Positions 63,283 through 64,000 of a DNA stretch of 64,000 nt are shown in pieces (the first letter of the stretch is position 1; every line of letters starts with the position of its first letter). The notes below the pieces were generated by a model. It saw nothing but the letters and a program-made list of their open reading frames with translations, was not told where the DNA came from and searched no databases. A program made the position numbers and the translations under genes. This stretch comes from Candidatus Dojkabacteria bacterium (GTDB lineage: Bacteria; Patescibacteriota; Dojkabacteria; B142; OLB20), in NCBI GenBank assembly GCA_046753765.1, contig JBHHUN010000001.1:12141-76140 (forward strand), written 5' to 3'.

Positions 63283-64000
63283 ATGTGCGATAAACACTCG
63301 CTTTACGAGATGATTTTCAACAACGTTGGAGATATCATCACTTATGTTAGCAAGACCGGTAAGATCCTGGATGTTAATAAGAAAGTCGAAGACATTCTCG
63401 GCTATAAAGCAGATGAACTCATAGGTCAGAACTTCCTCACTCTTGGAATTCTCAATTCAGACAATCTCAAGAGGATGGCGGCTTTGTTCAAAGAGGGGAT
63501 GATGAAAGGCATAGTTCAAAACCCGGTCGAGGTAGCAATAAACGCAAGGGATGGTCATCTCGTCCATTTTGAAGTTCGTACAGGCGTTATTAAAAAGGAG
63601 GGAAAGGTTGTTTCAATGTTCAGTATCCTTCGAGATATCACAATTAAGAAGCTTGCCGAAAAAAAGGAGAAAGAGGTTACGCAGCAACTATCAGAAAATA
63701 ACTCCATACTGAAGATCATTGCGGACACTTCGACTAGTTTTGTCAACGTCCAATCTGGTGAATTGACTAATAAGATTAGTGAAGCACTGGAGCTGCTCGG
63801 TAATTCTACGGATGCTGACAGGTGCTACATCATAATGTACTCCGATGATTTGACGACAATGACGAATACGCACGAGTGGGTAAGAGAGGGTATATCATCT
63901 CAGAAAGAGCACCTCCAAGCAATAGCCTCTGATAGTTTTCCCTGGATGCTTGAGAAGATGAAGAGAAGTGAAAAGGTTATGTTCTCCAATCTTGATGATA
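63283..64000 (+). CDS. PAS-domain sensor protein (probable histidine-kinase N-terminus), 3'-truncated by the window edge
   Basis: The frame is open from 63163 to the window end. First ATG at 63283. An alternative TTG at 63163 overlaps the upstream stop. PAS-like segments (YEMIFNNVGDIITYVSKTGKILDVNKKVEDILGYKADELIGQNF; DADRCYIIMYSDDLTTMTNTHEWVREG). Confidence 0.55.
   Translation, partial: MCDKHSLYEMIFNNVGDIITYVSKTGKILDVNKKVEDILGYKADELIGQNFLTLGILNSDNLKRMAALFKEGMMKGIVQNPVEVAINARDGHLVHFEVRTGVIKKEGKVVSMFSILRDITIKKLAEKKEKEVTQQLSENNSILKIIADTSTSFVNVQSGELTNKISEALELLGNSTDADRCYIIMYSDDLTTMTNTHEWVREGISSQKEHLQAIASDSFPWMLEKMKRSEKVMFSNLDD

Overview
The window reads as a compact, almost entirely plus-strand bacterial chromosome segment with the hallmarks of a Candidate Phyla Radiation / Patescibacteria-type genome. 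Three kinds of evidence point that way: dense housekeeping operons coupled by 1-14 nt overlaps; rpsF-ssb-rpsR with no rplI (L9) before dnaB; and ribosomal proteins S2 and L31 carrying Lys-rich tails. I have no database evidence for the lineage call.

Housekeeping content:
- mreD-like / PBP2 / dprA / topA
- rpsB-tsf-frr, an RseP-type protease, rpsU
- dnaX-ybaB-recR, cysS, the CCA enzyme, a beta-CASP MBL RNase, ychF
- rpsF-ssb-rpsR, ctpA, htrA
- a minus-strand rpmE-prfA-prmC block, and dnaB

Two accessory blocks dominate:
- A 24.4 kb run of three consecutive giant surface-protein genes (2717, 2139 and 3183 aa) at 18304-42742. The first two are membrane-anchored paralogues built from DUF2341-like repeats plus arrays of LamG/ConA-like lectin domains, and their stop and start codons overlap. 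The third is a mosaic of internally duplicated fibre-like modules.
- A type IV pilus module at 55841-64000: a receiver domain, PilB, PilC with a C-terminal SH3b-like tail, three prepilin-type minor pilins (one of 849 aa fused to an LVIVD beta-propeller), a PilX-like protein and a PAS sensor.

Together these look like a host/surface-attachment island.

Also notable:
- A CysRS whose HIGH motif reads TIGN.
- A 690-aa orphan protein inserted after rpsR.
- A small family of single-pass membrane proteins sharing a roughly 55-aa repeat.

I saw no rRNA or tRNA genes, CRISPR arrays or mobile-element genes.
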